DNA from: Tetragenococcus sp.
Lineage (GTDB): Bacteria; Bacillota; Bacilli; Lactobacillales; Enterococcaceae
Length of the DNA stretch: 64,000 nt
Reading direction: 5' to 3'
Assembly (NCBI GenBank): GCA_041859945.1
Contig: JBFLGC010000008.1
Span: 1,746-65,745 of the forward strand
The stretch's first letter is position 1. Each line of letters begins with the position of its first letter. The translations under genes and the position numbers were made by a program. Under the pieces are notes generated by a model that did no database searches, had not been told where the DNA came from, and worked only from the letters and a program-made list of their open reading frames with translations. Below, piece by piece: positions 1 through 11,085 of this stretch.

Positions 1-810
1 CGTATCAAGATCCTGATTCATTTCATTTGCTTGTTTATAGCGATCAGCGGGATCTTTGGCCGTGGCTTTCAGCACGACATTTTCCAAAGATTGTGGGACA
101 TTTGGGTCAAACATACGGATCTCTGGTATCTCATCTTGGAAATGTCTCAAGGCGATCGTCACCGCCGATTCCCCATCAAACGGGACACGACCAGTCAACA
201 TTTCAAATAAAATGATCCCCAAAGCGTAAATATCCGATTGATTCGTCGCCATCCCGCCGCGAGCTTGTTCAGGTGAAAGGTAATGGACGGAGCCTAGCAT
301 CGAATTAGTTTGCGTGATCGAAGTTTCTGACAAAGCAATCGCGATGCCAAAATCAGCGATTTTCACCACACCTTCTTCATTGATCAAGATATTTTGTGGT
401 TTCAAATCACGATGGATGATACGGTGTTGGTGAGCTAAAGCCACAGCCGACAATACCTGCTGCATGATATTGACGACTTCAGGATAATCCATCGGGTAAT
501 GGGTCTGGATATAACGTTTTAGATCCATGCCTTTGACATATTCCATGACCAGATACTGCATACCGGCTTCTTCACCGACATCATAGACCGAAACGATATT
601 GGGATGGACCAATTCGGTTGCGGCCAGTGCTTCGCGTTGAAAACGACGGATCGCTGCTTGGTCGTTTTGAAAGTCATAACGTAACACTTTGACTGCCACT
701 TCACGATCTAGGATCAAATCCTGGGCCAAGAAAACATTGGCCATGCCCCCGCTGCCGATACTATCTAAAATCAAATAACGGTCATTTACTTTTTTGCCGA
801 TTTCAATCAT
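1..810 (-). CDS. prkC: Ser/Thr protein kinase (PrkC/StkP family), N-terminal kinase domain only. The gene continues beyond the window start.
   Basis: Minus-strand translation from the ATG at 810 gives [38 protein letters not shown], the Hanks kinase motifs. The start overlaps the stop of the upstream PP2C gene (ATGATTGA), the typical stp-stkP coupling. It is absent from the ORF track because there is no in-window stop. Confidence 0.85.
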   Translation of the reverse strand, partial: MIEIGKKVNDRYLILDSIGSGGMANVFLAQDLILDREVAVKVLRYDFQNDQAAIRRFQREALAATELVHPNIVSVYDVGEEAGMQYLVMEYVKGMDLKRYIQTHYPMDYPEVVNIMQQVLSAVALAHQHRIIHRDLKPQNILINEEGVVKIADFGIAIALSETSITQTNSMLGSVHYLSPEQARGGMATNQSDIYALGIILFEMLTGRVPFDGESAVTIALRHFQDEIPEIRMFDPNVPQSLENVVLKATAKDPADRYKQANEMNQDLDT

Positions 811-1546
811 GGTCGACACCTCCAAAGCTGATCAAAAAGACCGTGATATTGTCTAGTCCTCCGTAAGCATTGGCTTTATCGATCAAGCGACGACAAGCTT
901 CCTCTAAACCTAGCGAACTATTGATGATATGTTTGATTTCTTCTTCAGAAACCATATTGGTCAAACCATCCGAGCAGATAAGTAACCGGTCATACGTCTG
1001 AAATTTATGTGTCGCTACATCGACATCAAGAGCGCCAGGCATACCAACAGAGCGTGTCACGATATTTTTCTGTGGATGAACCGCCGCCATTTCTTTGGTC
1101 AGTTCTCCCGATTTGACGAGCTCATTAACTAGTGAATGGTCTTCTGTCAATTGGATCAACTCACCATCGCGTAATAAATACAGGCGACTATCGCCGACAT
1201 GAGCTGTCGTAAATTGATCGTCAAAAAGGGCGACCGCCTCAACGGTAGTGCCCATGCCTTTGAGCTCTTCGTGTGCTTGCCCTTGTTCATAGATCGCGGT
1301 ATTTTCAGCTTGCACTTGCTGGATCAGCCATTGGACGGCTTTTTCACTTTCAACGATCTGCGTTTCTTCCCAGCTTTGGCCAAGTTCGGTGACTACTTCT
1401 TGACTAGCCACATCGCCAGCTTGGTGTCCGCCCATCCCGTCTGCTAAAAGAGCCAAGACATAGCCAGCTTGATTTTTAAAAGCTTGGACATAATCTTGAT
1501 TGGTCTTCCTACGTTTGCCGATATCACTAAGAAAACTGAGTTCCAT
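803..1546 (-). CDS. prpC: PP2C-family Ser/Thr protein phosphatase (Stp/PrpC)
   Basis: Track ORF 803..1603. An internal start at [18 protein letters not shown] matches the usual PP2C N-terminus. Metal-binding D/G motifs ([12 protein letters not shown]) are present. It is paired with the downstream kinase. Confidence 0.85.
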   Translation of the reverse strand: MELSFLSDIGKRRKTNQDYVQAFKNQAGYVLALLADGMGGHQAGDVASQEVVTELGQSWEETQIVESEKAVQWLIQQVQAENTAIYEQGQAHEELKGMGTTVEAVALFDDQFTTAHVGDSRLYLLRDGELIQLTEDHSLVNELVKSGELTKEMAAVHPQKNIVTRSVGMPGALDVDVATHKFQTYDRLLICSDGLTNMVSEEEIKHIINSSLGLEEACRRLIDKANAYGGLDNITVFLISFGGVDHD

Positions 1547-1559
1547 GTTCTCCACCTCA

Positions 1560-2903
1560 CTACTTTTTACGTAAGCAACTGATAAAAAATCCGTCCGTCC
1601 CATACTGATGTGGGTAAATGGTCAATAAATCATCGACCACACTTTCTGAAACGACATCAACACCTGCGATTGCTATTTTTTCAAATTCGGCGTGATCGGC
1701 TAAAAATTGCGCCACCACGTCTTGATTTTCTTCTGGGGAAAAAGTACATGTGCTATAAACCATAATACCAGAAGATTTCAAAGTTGGCGCTACTTTTTCT
1801 AAAATTTCTAACTGGATCTGTGGCAATTTCTTTAAATCAGCTGCTTTTTTCGTATATTTGATGTCTGGTTTACGTCGCATCAGCCCCAAACCTGAACAAG
1901 GCGCATCTACTAATATCCGATCAAAGCTTTCTGGCGCAAAATTTTCGGAGACTTTACGGGCATCCAAGACCTGGGATGCAACCACTTGATCCACGTATAA
2001 GCGTTTGGCATTTTCGTTGATCAGAGCCACCTTATGTGCATGGATATCTAAAGCCGTCACTTTACCACCGGCAACTGGCTCTAAAAAAGTAGCGATATGA
2101 GTCGTCTTGCCACCTGGCGCCGCACAAGCATCTAGTACCTTATGATAGGGAGCTATTTGCAGGGCTGGCGCCACTAGCATTGAACTTTCATCTTGAACCG
2201 TTAACAAACCCTCACGAAATAAGCGAGAACCGGCAAAAAAGCCTTTTTCAGCAACGACGCCATAAGGAGAAATTTTACTTTCTTTTGCGTCTATTCCTTC
2301 TATTTGTAATTCTTCCAAAGCCTCTTGACGTGACAGAAAACGCGTGTCGATCCGGGCACTGGCCTGACTAGGCTCAAATAATGACAGGCCTAGTTGACGC
2401 GTTTGGGAGAAACCGATCTCCTTGACTAATTTCTCCGTCAACCATTGCGGCATACTGATTTCTGTCGCCAACCGTTCTAGCGGATCAGTGATTTCAGCCA
2501 AACTTGGCACGCCTTTGCGATCAATGTTGCGCAAGACGCCATTAACAAATTTACCGATGCCGACGTTGCCGCGAATTTTGGCGATTTCAACGGCCTCATT
2601 CACGATAGCATGGATCGGCACGCGATCCAGATAGCACATTTGATAAAGCGATAAAGTCAAAAGCTGCTTGACCCAAGGCGCAACTTTTTTAGCCTTCGCA
2701 ATAAAAGGGGACAAATAATAATCTAGTAACAATTGGCGACTCAACGTCCCATAAACTAGTTCTGTAAGTAAACGACTGTCTTTGTCATTAAGGCGGCCTT
2801 CTTTGATGCGTTCATTCAATAATAAGTTGGAATAGGCCCCGCCTTTTTGGATCTGCTCTAAGGCATCTAAAGCTAGGTAACGCACCGTTTGTTTAGTTCC
2901 CAT
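1560..2903 (-). CDS. rsmB: 16S rRNA m5C967 methyltransferase RsmB/Sun
   Basis: 447 aa. N-terminal NusB-like domain plus a SAM methyltransferase core (DACAAPGGKT, PCSGLG). Conserved position after fmt. Confidence 0.85.
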   Translation of the reverse strand: MGTKQTVRYLALDALEQIQKGGAYSNLLLNERIKEGRLNDKDSRLLTELVYGTLSRQLLLDYYLSPFIAKAKKVAPWVKQLLTLSLYQMCYLDRVPIHAIVNEAVEIAKIRGNVGIGKFVNGVLRNIDRKGVPSLAEITDPLERLATEISMPQWLTEKLVKEIGFSQTRQLGLSLFEPSQASARIDTRFLSRQEALEELQIEGIDAKESKISPYGVVAEKGFFAGSRLFREGLLTVQDESSMLVAPALQIAPYHKVLDACAAPGGKTTHIATFLEPVAGGKVTALDIHAHKVALINENAKRLYVDQVVASQVLDARKVSENFAPESFDRILVDAPCSGLGLMRRKPDIKYTKKAADLKKLPQIQLEILEKVAPTLKSSGIMVYSTCTFSPEENQDVVAQFLADHAEFEKIAIAGVDVVSESVVDDLLTIYPHQYGTDGFFISCLRKK

Positions 2904-3843
2904 GCGGACCTACTTTCTGACCTACGGCAACTTTTTGACCAGCACCATTTAAAAAAGCTTGAATGGTCTGTTTGCCTTTTCCAGCCGGTTGCAACTGATC
3001 GATGGCCAAAACCGTCCCTTTTCCACAAGCGATGTGTAGCTCCTTTTTGTCACGATAAATGATCGTACCGGGAGTCGCCTCGGTCTGGCTTTTTAAAGGT
3101 GTTACGGCCCAGATCTTCCAACGGGTACCTGCATAAAAAGTATGCGCGATCGGCCAAGGACGCATGCCGCGAATTTGCTGATCGATCGCTTGAGCTGTCT
3201 TTTGCCAATCGATGGCCTCCTCTTCTGGTCTGATATTAGGTGAAAATGTTGCTTGGTCCTCATCTTGAGGGATCGCTTTTTGGCCGGCGATGATTTCTGG
3301 CAAAGTAGCTAGTAACAAGTCTTTGCCTAAAGTACTCAACTTATCAAACAGCGAACCGACATCATCCGTTTGGTTGATGGCCAATTCTGCTTGCGCATAG
3401 ATCCCACCAGCGTCCATTTGCTTGACCATTTCCATGATCGTTACACCCGTCTTTTTTTCGCCATTAATGATCGCATAATGGACCGGAGCCCCGCCCCGAT
3501 ACTTGGGTAGCAACGAAGCGTGGACATTTAAAGCGGCGATTTTAGGCACTTGCAATAACTTTTCCGGCAAAAATCGGCCAAAAGCCGCTGTGATCAATAG
3601 ATCTGGTGCCAAAGTAATGATCTCTGCCATTTCCTGGGAATCTTTGATTTTTTCTGGTTGTAAAACAGGGATGCCTAAGCGGATCGCTGCTTCTTTGACA
3701 GGTGTTGCGGTCAGGATTTTTTTACGCCCCACTGGACGATCCGGTTGGGTCACGACGACTTGTACATCATAATTATGCTCGATTAGACCTTCTAAGATCG
3801 GTACTGAGAACTGTGGGGTCCCCATAAATACTACTTTTGTCAT
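2893..3843 (-). CDS. fmt: methionyl-tRNA formyltransferase
   Basis: 316 aa. Begins MTKVVFMGTPQFSVPIL and contains the formyltransferase motif HASLLPKYRGGAP. Confidence 0.9.
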   Translation of the reverse strand: MTKVVFMGTPQFSVPILEGLIEHNYDVQVVVTQPDRPVGRKKILTATPVKEAAIRLGIPVLQPEKIKDSQEMAEIITLAPDLLITAAFGRFLPEKLLQVPKIAALNVHASLLPKYRGGAPVHYAIINGEKKTGVTIMEMVKQMDAGGIYAQAELAINQTDDVGSLFDKLSTLGKDLLLATLPEIIAGQKAIPQDEDQATFSPNIRPEEEAIDWQKTAQAIDQQIRGMRPWPIAHTFYAGTRWKIWAVTPLKSQTEATPGTIIYRDKKELHIACGKGTVLAIDQLQPAGKGKQTIQAFLNGAGQKVAVGQKVGPHGN

Positions 3844-3857
3844 GAATTTTACTCCTT

Positions 3858-6269
3858 TTAAATAAAACTGAGTGGCTCATTATCGATCGACACATAAAGC
3901 GCATGTCGTTGGTCTGTCTGACTCTCTTGTAAAATAGCTTGTAAAAAAGCCGGCAAATTGGGTTCCTTTTTATATTTAATGATCACTTGATAATAGTAAC
4001 GATTTTTTACTTTCGCCACACTTCCGGGAACCGGTCCTAGTAAAATACTCTGCGCAGATAGAACTTGTTTCAATCGTTCGGCTATTTGAAACATCTTCTT
4101 GGCTGCGACTGTTTCTTCTGGATGGCTGGCACTGATCCGTAAGGTAAAGTAATAAGGTGGGTAACCAGTCTGATGCCGTAGATACATTTCTTGTTGGTAA
4201 AAAGTTTCATAATCTTGGGTTTGGGCTAAGACAATGGCATGATGATCTGGGTTGAAAGTTTGGATCACCACTTCGCCGGCTTTTTCAGCCCGCCCCGCAC
4301 GGCCGGAAACTTGGGTCAATAATTGAAAAGTCCGTTCACTCGAGCGAAAATCTGGCAAATTGAGGGCGGTGTCGGCATTCAAGACGCCGACTAAGGTGAT
4401 ATTAGGAAAATCTAGCCCTTTAGCAATCATTTGTGTCCCCAGTAAAATATCCGCTTTTTGCTCTCCAAAGGCTGTCAAGATCCGTTCATGAGCACCTTTT
4501 TTACGCGTCGTGTCGACATCCATCCGTAAGATCCGCGCTTTTGGAAACAGAGCTTGTAATTCTGCTTCTACTTTTTGCGTACCGGTCCCGTAATAGCGGA
4601 TCTTATTGCTCCCACAATCAGGACAGCGATTCGGGATCTGTTCTTCATGACCACAATAATGACACTTCATCGATTTAGTGTCCATATGTAATGTCAGCGA
4701 AATATCACAATTGGGACAATCCAGGACATAGCCGCAATCACGACACATCACAAAGGAAGAATAGCCCCGCCGATTCAGTAGTAAGACGATCTGTTCTTTT
4801 TTGGCCAGACGATCGGCGATTTTTTCTTGAAGACCCAGCGAAAAATTGCTGGTATTATGATTGCTATATTCTTCTTTCATATCAACGACTTCGACAGTTG
4901 GTAAAGATGCTTGTGAGTTGGCCCGATAAGGTAAACGTAACAAATGATACACCTTTTTTTGCGCCCGCGCTCGTGATTCCAAAGAAGGCGTGGCGCTGCC
5001 CAAAACCACGGGACAATGATGATAACGTCCGCGCCAAAGAGCCAAGTCACGAGCATGATAACGGGGCGTTTCGTCCTGTTTATAAGACGTTTCATGCTCT
5101 TCATCGATAATGATCACACCGATGTCTTCTATCGGGGCAAAGATCGCGGATCGAGCACCGACGACGACTTGGGCTTCTTTACGCTCGATCTTGCGCCACT
5201 CGTCATACTTTTCACCTTGGGACAGGCCACTATGTAAAACGGCGACCGCCGAACCGAAACGGCCTTTGAAGCGTTCGACCATCTGTGGCGTCAAAGAAAT
5301 TTCTGGTACTAAGATGATAGCTGTTTTCCCTTTTTCTAAAAGTGCAGCGATCGTTTGCAAATAAACTTCGGTCTTGCCACTACCAGTGATGCCTTCTAGT
5401 AAGAAAACATCAGAACGTTGCTCCTTTTCAGCCGCTAAGATTTCTGAAACAGCTTTTTCTTGATCAGGATTGAGCTCTAAAGAGGTCGTTTGGGCAAACT
5501 TTCGATGTTGATACGGATCACGATAGGTTTCAACTTCTTCAAATTCCAACCAGCCTTTTTGGGCACCAGTATTCAAAATAGCCGTTGAAATACCTTGCTT
5601 TTTGTAAAAAGTCACAGGTTCAAAATCATGGTTCGTCAAGATTTCGGCTAACTCACTTTGTTTACGCGCCGATTTTATCAATGCATTTTGAATAGCCGCT
5701 AAATCACTTGTAGCGATTAAACTACGCACATAGCGCGTCGTTTTTACTTTATTTTGATTTTTCACTAGATAGCGTACATCGACGATATTTTGTTTACGTA
5801 ATTTTTTCAGCTCATTCAAAAGGCCTTTTGCCTCGGCCTCTTCCCAGTCCAATTCATTAGCGGTCCCAAAATACTTGGCTTTCGCTTCGTGGGTCGGATC
5901 TAACAAAACGATCTTTTTTTGATACTTGGCTTTCATCACAGCCGGCAGCATCGTTTGTAGGCAAGTGACCTTGAAGGCGTAGGCGGTCTCTTTCATATAA
6001 TCTGCTAGTTCCAATAATTCTTCGTTCAAGACAGGAGCCAGATCCAGCACGCCAAGGATCGGTTTAAGTGTCTGCTTGGCTTTCAATTCATTTTGCTTTT
6101 TCAAGGCTACAACAAAGCCTTGAATATGCCGATTTCCTTCGCCAAATGGCACTTCCACCCGCATCCCGATTTCGACGACTTCTTGCAAACTTTCTGGGAT
6201 TTCATAAGTAAACGGCTGATCTGTCTGCATCGTATGTACATCCACGATCACCTCTGCAAATTTTTGCAT
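3858..6269 (-). CDS. priA: primosomal protein N' (PriA helicase)
   Basis: 803 aa. Walker A GITGSGKT, DEAH-like IIDEEH and a Cys-rich zinc-binding insert (CRDCGYVLDCPNCD..CHYCGH..CPDCG). Confidence 0.9.
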   Translation of the reverse strand: MQKFAEVIVDVHTMQTDQPFTYEIPESLQEVVEIGMRVEVPFGEGNRHIQGFVVALKKQNELKAKQTLKPILGVLDLAPVLNEELLELADYMKETAYAFKVTCLQTMLPAVMKAKYQKKIVLLDPTHEAKAKYFGTANELDWEEAEAKGLLNELKKLRKQNIVDVRYLVKNQNKVKTTRYVRSLIATSDLAAIQNALIKSARKQSELAEILTNHDFEPVTFYKKQGISTAILNTGAQKGWLEFEEVETYRDPYQHRKFAQTTSLELNPDQEKAVSEILAAEKEQRSDVFLLEGITGSGKTEVYLQTIAALLEKGKTAIILVPEISLTPQMVERFKGRFGSAVAVLHSGLSQGEKYDEWRKIERKEAQVVVGARSAIFAPIEDIGVIIIDEEHETSYKQDETPRYHARDLALWRGRYHHCPVVLGSATPSLESRARAQKKVYHLLRLPYRANSQASLPTVEVVDMKEEYSNHNTSNFSLGLQEKIADRLAKKEQIVLLLNRRGYSSFVMCRDCGYVLDCPNCDISLTLHMDTKSMKCHYCGHEEQIPNRCPDCGSNKIRYYGTGTQKVEAELQALFPKARILRMDVDTTRKKGAHERILTAFGEQKADILLGTQMIAKGLDFPNITLVGVLNADTALNLPDFRSSERTFQLLTQVSGRAGRAEKAGEVVIQTFNPDHHAIVLAQTQDYETFYQQEMYLRHQTGYPPYYFTLRISASHPEETVAAKKMFQIAERLKQVLSAQSILLGPVPGSVAKVKNRYYYQVIIKYKKEPNLPAFLQAILQESQTDQRHALYVSIDNEPLSFI

Positions 6270-6409
6270 GGTTTCTCCTTTCTTTGCCTGTTAATGACAA
6301 CTGATTTTACACTGGTTTTTTCATTCCTATTTTACTAAAGATACGACCTTTTGAAAACCGCTACAAGAAAAACGGCTCGATTATGAACGGAGACATCTGT
6401 TCTCACAAA

Positions 6410-6440
6410 AAGGAAAAAGTCTGGAAAACTTTCCAGACCT
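6410..6440 (-). terminator. rho-independent terminator downstream of rpoZ
   Basis: Hairpin GTCTGGAAA/TTTCCAGAC followed by a U-run on the minus strand. Confidence 0.6.
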
Positions 6441-6446
6441 CATTTC

Positions 6447-6752
6447 TTATGCTTTTTTGTCATCTTTGATCCGTTGCTCTAATTCTTTTTTCTCTTGTTC
6501 TTCTCTTTTGCGTTTTTCTTCTGCTTCTTTTGCTAAACGTGCCCGTTTCTCTTCTGGATGTGGATCGATCACAACGGTTTGCGCATCGATTTCCTCCAAG
6601 GCTTGACCGACACTTTTGACCGAATAAAAACGATTTAAAGTTGGTTGGGCGCCCGCTTCTAATTCATGCGCGCGTTTACTGGCTAAGATAACTAATGAAT
6701 ACTTTGAATCGACACTTTCTAACAGTGAATCGATGGATGGTTTTAACATCAT
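6447..6752 (-). CDS. rpoZ: DNA-directed RNA polymerase subunit omega
   Basis: 101 aa. Begins [26 protein letters not shown], the canonical RpoZ N-terminus. It sits between gmk and priA as in Bacillus. Confidence 0.85.
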   Translation of the reverse strand: MMLKPSIDSLLESVDSKYSLVILASKRAHELEAGAQPTLNRFYSVKSVGQALEEIDAQTVVIDPHPEEKRARLAKEAEEKRKREEQEKKELEQRIKDDKKA

Positions 6753-6757
6753 AATCC

Positions 6758-7441
<684 letters not shown>

Positions 7442-7466
7442 TTACTTTTAAAAAGTCATCAAAACC

Positions 7467-7685
7467 CTACATTTCAGCTAATAATTCTTTCAATTTTTCA
7501 AATTCTTCATTTGCTAAAGTAATGCCTTTGCCCATTTTACTATGGTCCCCACTCCACATCCGTAGATCGAACTTTGGGGGGCGATTATTCCAACTGACTA
7601 AATTCAATTCTTTGACCCAACCCTTATCATTTTCAGACAACACACCGATCGTTTCTACGATTTCATATTCAAAATTTGATGCCAT
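7467..7685 (-). CDS. YdbC-like small protein (PC4-type ssDNA-binding fold)
   Basis: Start at MASNFEYEIV with an AAGGAGG ribosome-binding site. Small acidic protein with a WSGDHSK..GKGITL motif typical of the YdbC/PC4 family. Confidence 0.5.
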   Translation of the reverse strand: MASNFEYEIVETIGVLSENDKGWVKELNLVSWNNRPPKFDLRMWSGDHSKMGKGITLANEEFEKLKELLAEM

Positions 7686-7748
7686 CGTTTTTCCTCCTTT
7701 GTTGAATCCTCCTTTATGATACCAAATCTTCCAACAAAAGTTTCTCAT

Positions 7749-8486
7749 TTAGAAGGTATTTTTTTCGATACCAAATGCTTGTTGCATCTCATCGGTTGCT
7801 TCTTTGATCGGCGTGATTTGTTCTAACGTTCCTTGAACGACCCAACGTGTGATACCGGCTGCTTCGGCACAGGTGACTAAGGTCACTAATTTCTGATCTG
7901 CCACCTCATCGACTACTTCCACTTGGGTTGGCTGGATCTGCTTAGATACAGTCGTCTGATAGACATAAATATTTTCCAGATCAGTTACATAGATCGTATC
8001 CCCAGCCCGCATTTGATCGATTTTGGTAAACAGTAGCTCTGTTCCTTCTACACGATGACTGGCCAAAGCATAATTGCCCAGACCCATCTTTTGTTCTGAG
8101 GTAAAAGTCCCCGCCCCATAAAGCAAAGCCTCATTACTCAAGCCTTTAAAAATCGGCAAATTGACACCGATCGTTGGGATCGCCACACCGCCGATCACCG
8201 GCAGTTGTGCTTGACCAAATTGTGCTTGCAATACTTTTTCAAAGCTGACTGGTTCAACGGCATCAAAATCAAAAGTTGCTTCTTGCTGCTCGTTTTTCTG
8301 AATATCAGCACGCGTGATTTGATCCACCGTATAATTTTCGGAAAAGCGCCCCATCAAGAAATGCTTGATTTGATCATTAAAGACCAAGGCTAACCCTAAA
8401 AATAGTAAAAGGCCAATAAAAAAATTCAGCAAACGATTTTTTAATTTAGAAGATTTCTTCTTATTAGGTTTCATGCTATTCTCCAT
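7749..8486 (-). CDS. srtA: class A sortase
   Basis: N-terminal membrane anchor, His motif LASHR and the catalytic TLVTC motif. Confidence 0.8.
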   Translation of the reverse strand: MENSMKPNKKKSSKLKNRLLNFFIGLLLFLGLALVFNDQIKHFLMGRFSENYTVDQITRADIQKNEQQEATFDFDAVEPVSFEKVLQAQFGQAQLPVIGGVAIPTIGVNLPIFKGLSNEALLYGAGTFTSEQKMGLGNYALASHRVEGTELLFTKIDQMRAGDTIYVTDLENIYVYQTTVSKQIQPTQVEVVDEVADQKLVTLVTCAEAAGITRWVVQGTLEQITPIKEATDEMQQAFGIEKNTF

Positions 8487-8663
8487 TTATAGTTAGGCTC
8501 TTTTTATTTTACCATATTTTGCATCTAAAAGGCGAAATTTCCGTGATGTCAATTGCAAATTATTACCGTTTGTAATCTAATCTTAAAAGAATCGAAACAA
8601 GCTTTTTTTAAATTTTTATTGTAAACTATAGCTAAGGCATCTTGTAGAACGGGGGGTAGCAAA

Positions 8664-9449
8664 ATGGCCGATTGGATTTATGTACATATCGATACGATCA
8701 GTAATTCTGTTTTAACACAAGGAATTCCTGCTAGTGATTTTCATAATGAAATCATTCATCAGCCCAAAAACTTGATGTTGTTAAATCCCGAAAGTACTTA
8801 CGGAGAATTTGAAACCAATACAGCCTTGAAAATCATTCGTGGCAGTGAAGCCGTCGACAATTATTTACGAATGATCGATAAAAAACAAACTCGTTCTGAA
8901 AATAAATGGATCGATTTTGCTGATCCTATGATGCTCAAGGAGTTGACCCCTTTAGAGATTTCAGAACTGCTCTATTTCGGCCATATGAAGACCCATTTAC
9001 ATTCGCCTTTCTTTTATAAATTGCAAAATAACTTTGCTTATTTTGATTTAGAAGATGAAATAGCCCGTGTTTACTATCGTTATTTAGATGAGTTTTATCG
9101 CGTCTTGGCAGGGAAACTCACCCGTAATATGTTTGCTTTGATCAATAATAAGCGTTTTTTCCACCGCCCGATCTCAGTAGAAAAAGTTCCCATCGAGATC
9201 ATCAAAGATTTAAAAGAACATATGCGTGACGGTATCACTTTTTCCTTTTCGCAAGCTATCTTTGAAAATGACACCTACCTGATCCCAATTTTTTTAGTTG
9301 GCGATATCCTTTTTCGGATGACGACTCCGCCCTTTCGAAAGGAAACGATCGTGGGCTACCTATGTTACGATCGTGAAAAGAAAACTTGGGGACTTCAGCT
9401 AAATGATGACAGTATTGGCTTATCTCCTTTGACAAGCCCTTATCTTTAA
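8664..9449 (+). CDS. hypothetical protein, 261 aa, no recognisable domain
   Basis: Clean ORF followed by two hairpin terminators (9456..9490 and 9499..9523). Confidence 0.5.
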   Translation: MADWIYVHIDTISNSVLTQGIPASDFHNEIIHQPKNLMLLNPESTYGEFETNTALKIIRGSEAVDNYLRMIDKKQTRSENKWIDFADPMMLKELTPLEISELLYFGHMKTHLHSPFFYKLQNNFAYFDLEDEIARVYYRYLDEFYRVLAGKLTRNMFALINNKRFFHRPISVEKVPIEIIKDLKEHMRDGITFSFSQAIFENDTYLIPIFLVGDILFRMTTPPFRKETIVGYLCYDREKKTWGLQLNDDSIGLSPLTSPYL

Positions 9450-9455
9450 ATTTTT

Positions 9456-9523
9456 AACTTCCTGTTGATAGAGAACAGGAAGTTTTTTGTTTAATAAAGG
9501 AGCTAGAAATTTTTTCTAGCTCC
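9456..9523 (+). terminator. tandem rho-independent terminators after the hypothetical gene
   Basis: CTTCCTGTT..AACAGGAAG plus T6, then GGAGCTAGAAA..TTTCTAGCTCC. Confidence 0.65.
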
Positions 9524-9634
9524 TAGCTATATCATTCGTAAGTTTATAGTGACTATTTTTACTAACAGAATTTTCCCTGAAACAAATCCATCCAACTCGA
9601 TTTGAAACTTAGGTGGATTTGCCAAAAAAACAAT

Positions 9635-10201
9635 CTAGTTCACATCTTTTGGCAAATAAAGCTGCGGATAAATATCAGCGATGATCAATAAAGCCACGAT
9701 CGCCACAGCCCCAGTTGCAAGTCCGCTAGCCGCATTCATGACTAAGGAATACACCACAGGGCTCAACCCCCATTGGACATAATCGCCCCAAAAGACCCAG
9801 CCAGCCACAAAATGCCAAAAGTAACGGGCCGCAGCCCCTACTAATCCTGATAAGATCAGATACTTCTTTAGCCCTTTTTTATTGCCCTTTTTGACACATT
9901 CGCGAATCTTTGGTGCATAAACACCAGCAAAACCGACAAAAAAATAGGCCAATATATATTCGATCAGTACTTGTGGGATACTCAGATAATAAACATCACC
10001 TAACGGGAAATGCAACAATCCCCAGATAAGGCCTGCTAAAAGACCGGGTTTCACCCCTCTGCGTACCGCAAAAACGGTCAGTGCGATCTGTCCAAGCGAA
10101 ATCGAAAAACTCGACCCGATCTTTAAGGGAATAAACGATAATACCATGGCTAAGGCAGCAAGAACGGTTCCTTCTACCCAAACTCTTGTCTTAGAATGCA
10201 T
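9635..10201 (-). CDS. thiT: ECF transporter S component, ThiT family (thiamine or thiamine-precursor binding), copy 1
   Basis: 188 aa, 5-6 TM helices, begins MHSKTRVWVEGTVLAALAMVLSFIPL. Directly preceded by a TPP riboswitch. Confidence 0.75.
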   Translation of the reverse strand: MHSKTRVWVEGTVLAALAMVLSFIPLKIGSSFSISLGQIALTVFAVRRGVKPGLLAGLIWGLLHFPLGDVYYLSIPQVLIEYILAYFFVGFAGVYAPKIRECVKKGNKKGLKKYLILSGLVGAAARYFWHFVAGWVFWGDYVQWGLSPVVYSLVMNAASGLATGAVAIVALLIIADIYPQLYLPKDVN

Positions 10202-10204
10202 AAA

Positions 10205-10346
10205 AAACTCCTCCTTTAGATTTTTCCATTCACAAAGAAGAAGTCTTCGCTTCTACTCTTCACAATTCCTACGTTCGCATGATCGAAACAGGTACGAAGG
10301 GTTTAGAATCACTTCAATCTCAGCCATTGTAGGCTCCCCTTTGTGA
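10205..10346 (-). promoter_or_regulatory. TPP riboswitch (THI element), copy 1
   Basis: Minus-strand RNA reads cacaaaGGGGAGCC..GGCUGAGA..ACCCUUCGUACCUG..CGUAGGAAuugug. This matches the THI-box core (GGGGUGCC / CUGAGA / ACCCUU.GAACCUGAUC.GG..AUGCCAGCGUAGGGAA). Followed by the RBS AAAGGAGGAG. Confidence 0.85.
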
Positions 10347-10356
10347 ATTTTGATTT

Positions 10357-10929
10357 TTATTTATTTTTTGGTACAAACAAACTTGGTGCCACATTATAAA
10401 GCAAAACGAGGACAATGGCGATATAGATCGCATTGGCCAAGAAAGACGCTCCATTGGCTAAAAAGGAATAAAGATAAGGACTCATTTGTGGTGGCGCATA
10501 GGCTCCCCAGACAAATACTCCTGCCCAAAAATGCCAGAACCAACGGCTAAAAGCCGAAATGACCCCACCTAAAGCAATATAGCACATCGTTTTCGTTTTT
10601 TTAGCTTGAGCAATGCTAGCTTGGATCTTAGGCATCAAGATCCCACCCATACCACCAAAAGCAAAGGCAAAAGGATATTCAAAAATGATCTGTGGCACGC
10701 TGACAAAATTTTTCATGGCCGAGCCTAAGATAATATTGAGTAACCCCCAAATAAAACCTGAAAGCATCGCCGGGGCCCAACTTCTACGATAGCCATACAA
10801 AACCAGCGGCACCAGACCTAATGATAAATCGAAACTGGCATTGCCTGTTTGTAAGGGAATAAAAGATAAAGCCATCGCTAAAGCCGCGATGATCGTCCCT
10901 TCCACCCAAACAACCGTCTTTGAATGCAT
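10357..10929 (-). CDS. ECF transporter S component, ThiT family, copy 2 (paralog)
   Basis: 190 aa. Begins MHSKTVVWVEGTIIAALAMALSFIPL, clearly paralogous to copy 1 but diverged. Also preceded by its own TPP riboswitch. Confidence 0.7.
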   Translation of the reverse strand: MHSKTVVWVEGTIIAALAMALSFIPLQTGNASFDLSLGLVPLVLYGYRRSWAPAMLSGFIWGLLNIILGSAMKNFVSVPQIIFEYPFAFAFGGMGGILMPKIQASIAQAKKTKTMCYIALGGVISAFSRWFWHFWAGVFVWGAYAPPQMSPYLYSFLANGASFLANAIYIAIVLVLLYNVAPSLFVPKNK

Positions 10930-10934
10930 AAAAA

Positions 10935-11085
10935 AGCTCCTCCTTTTAGAATCTTGAAATTCACAAAGAAGAAGTGTTTGCTTCTATTCTTCACAATTCC
11001 TACGTTCGTATGACCGAAACAGGTACGAAGGGTTTAGAGTATCCTCAATCTCAGCCCAAATGGACTCCCCTTTGTGAATAGATCC
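10935..11085 (-). promoter_or_regulatory. TPP riboswitch (THI element), copy 2
   Basis: Minus-strand RNA reads cacaaaGGGGAGUCC..GGGCUGAGA..ACCCUUCGUACCUG..CGUAGGAAuugug, followed by the RBS AAAGGAGGAG. Confidence 0.85.

Noticed and set aside
4433-5364. Several plus-strand ORFs (81-139 aa) inside priA, and similar antisense ORFs inside rny (36017..36756), glmU (20178..20951), PTS-tre (27183..28457), dus (52850..53177) and elsewhere
   Set aside because: They lie entirely antisense to well-supported conserved genes, have no RBS and give low-complexity translations. These are standard shadow ORFs.
10146-10550. Plus-strand ORFs (66 aa each) spanning the TPP riboswitch regions
   Set aside because: They overlap the riboswitch aptamers and thiT on the opposite strand, and the riboswitch explanation is far better supported.
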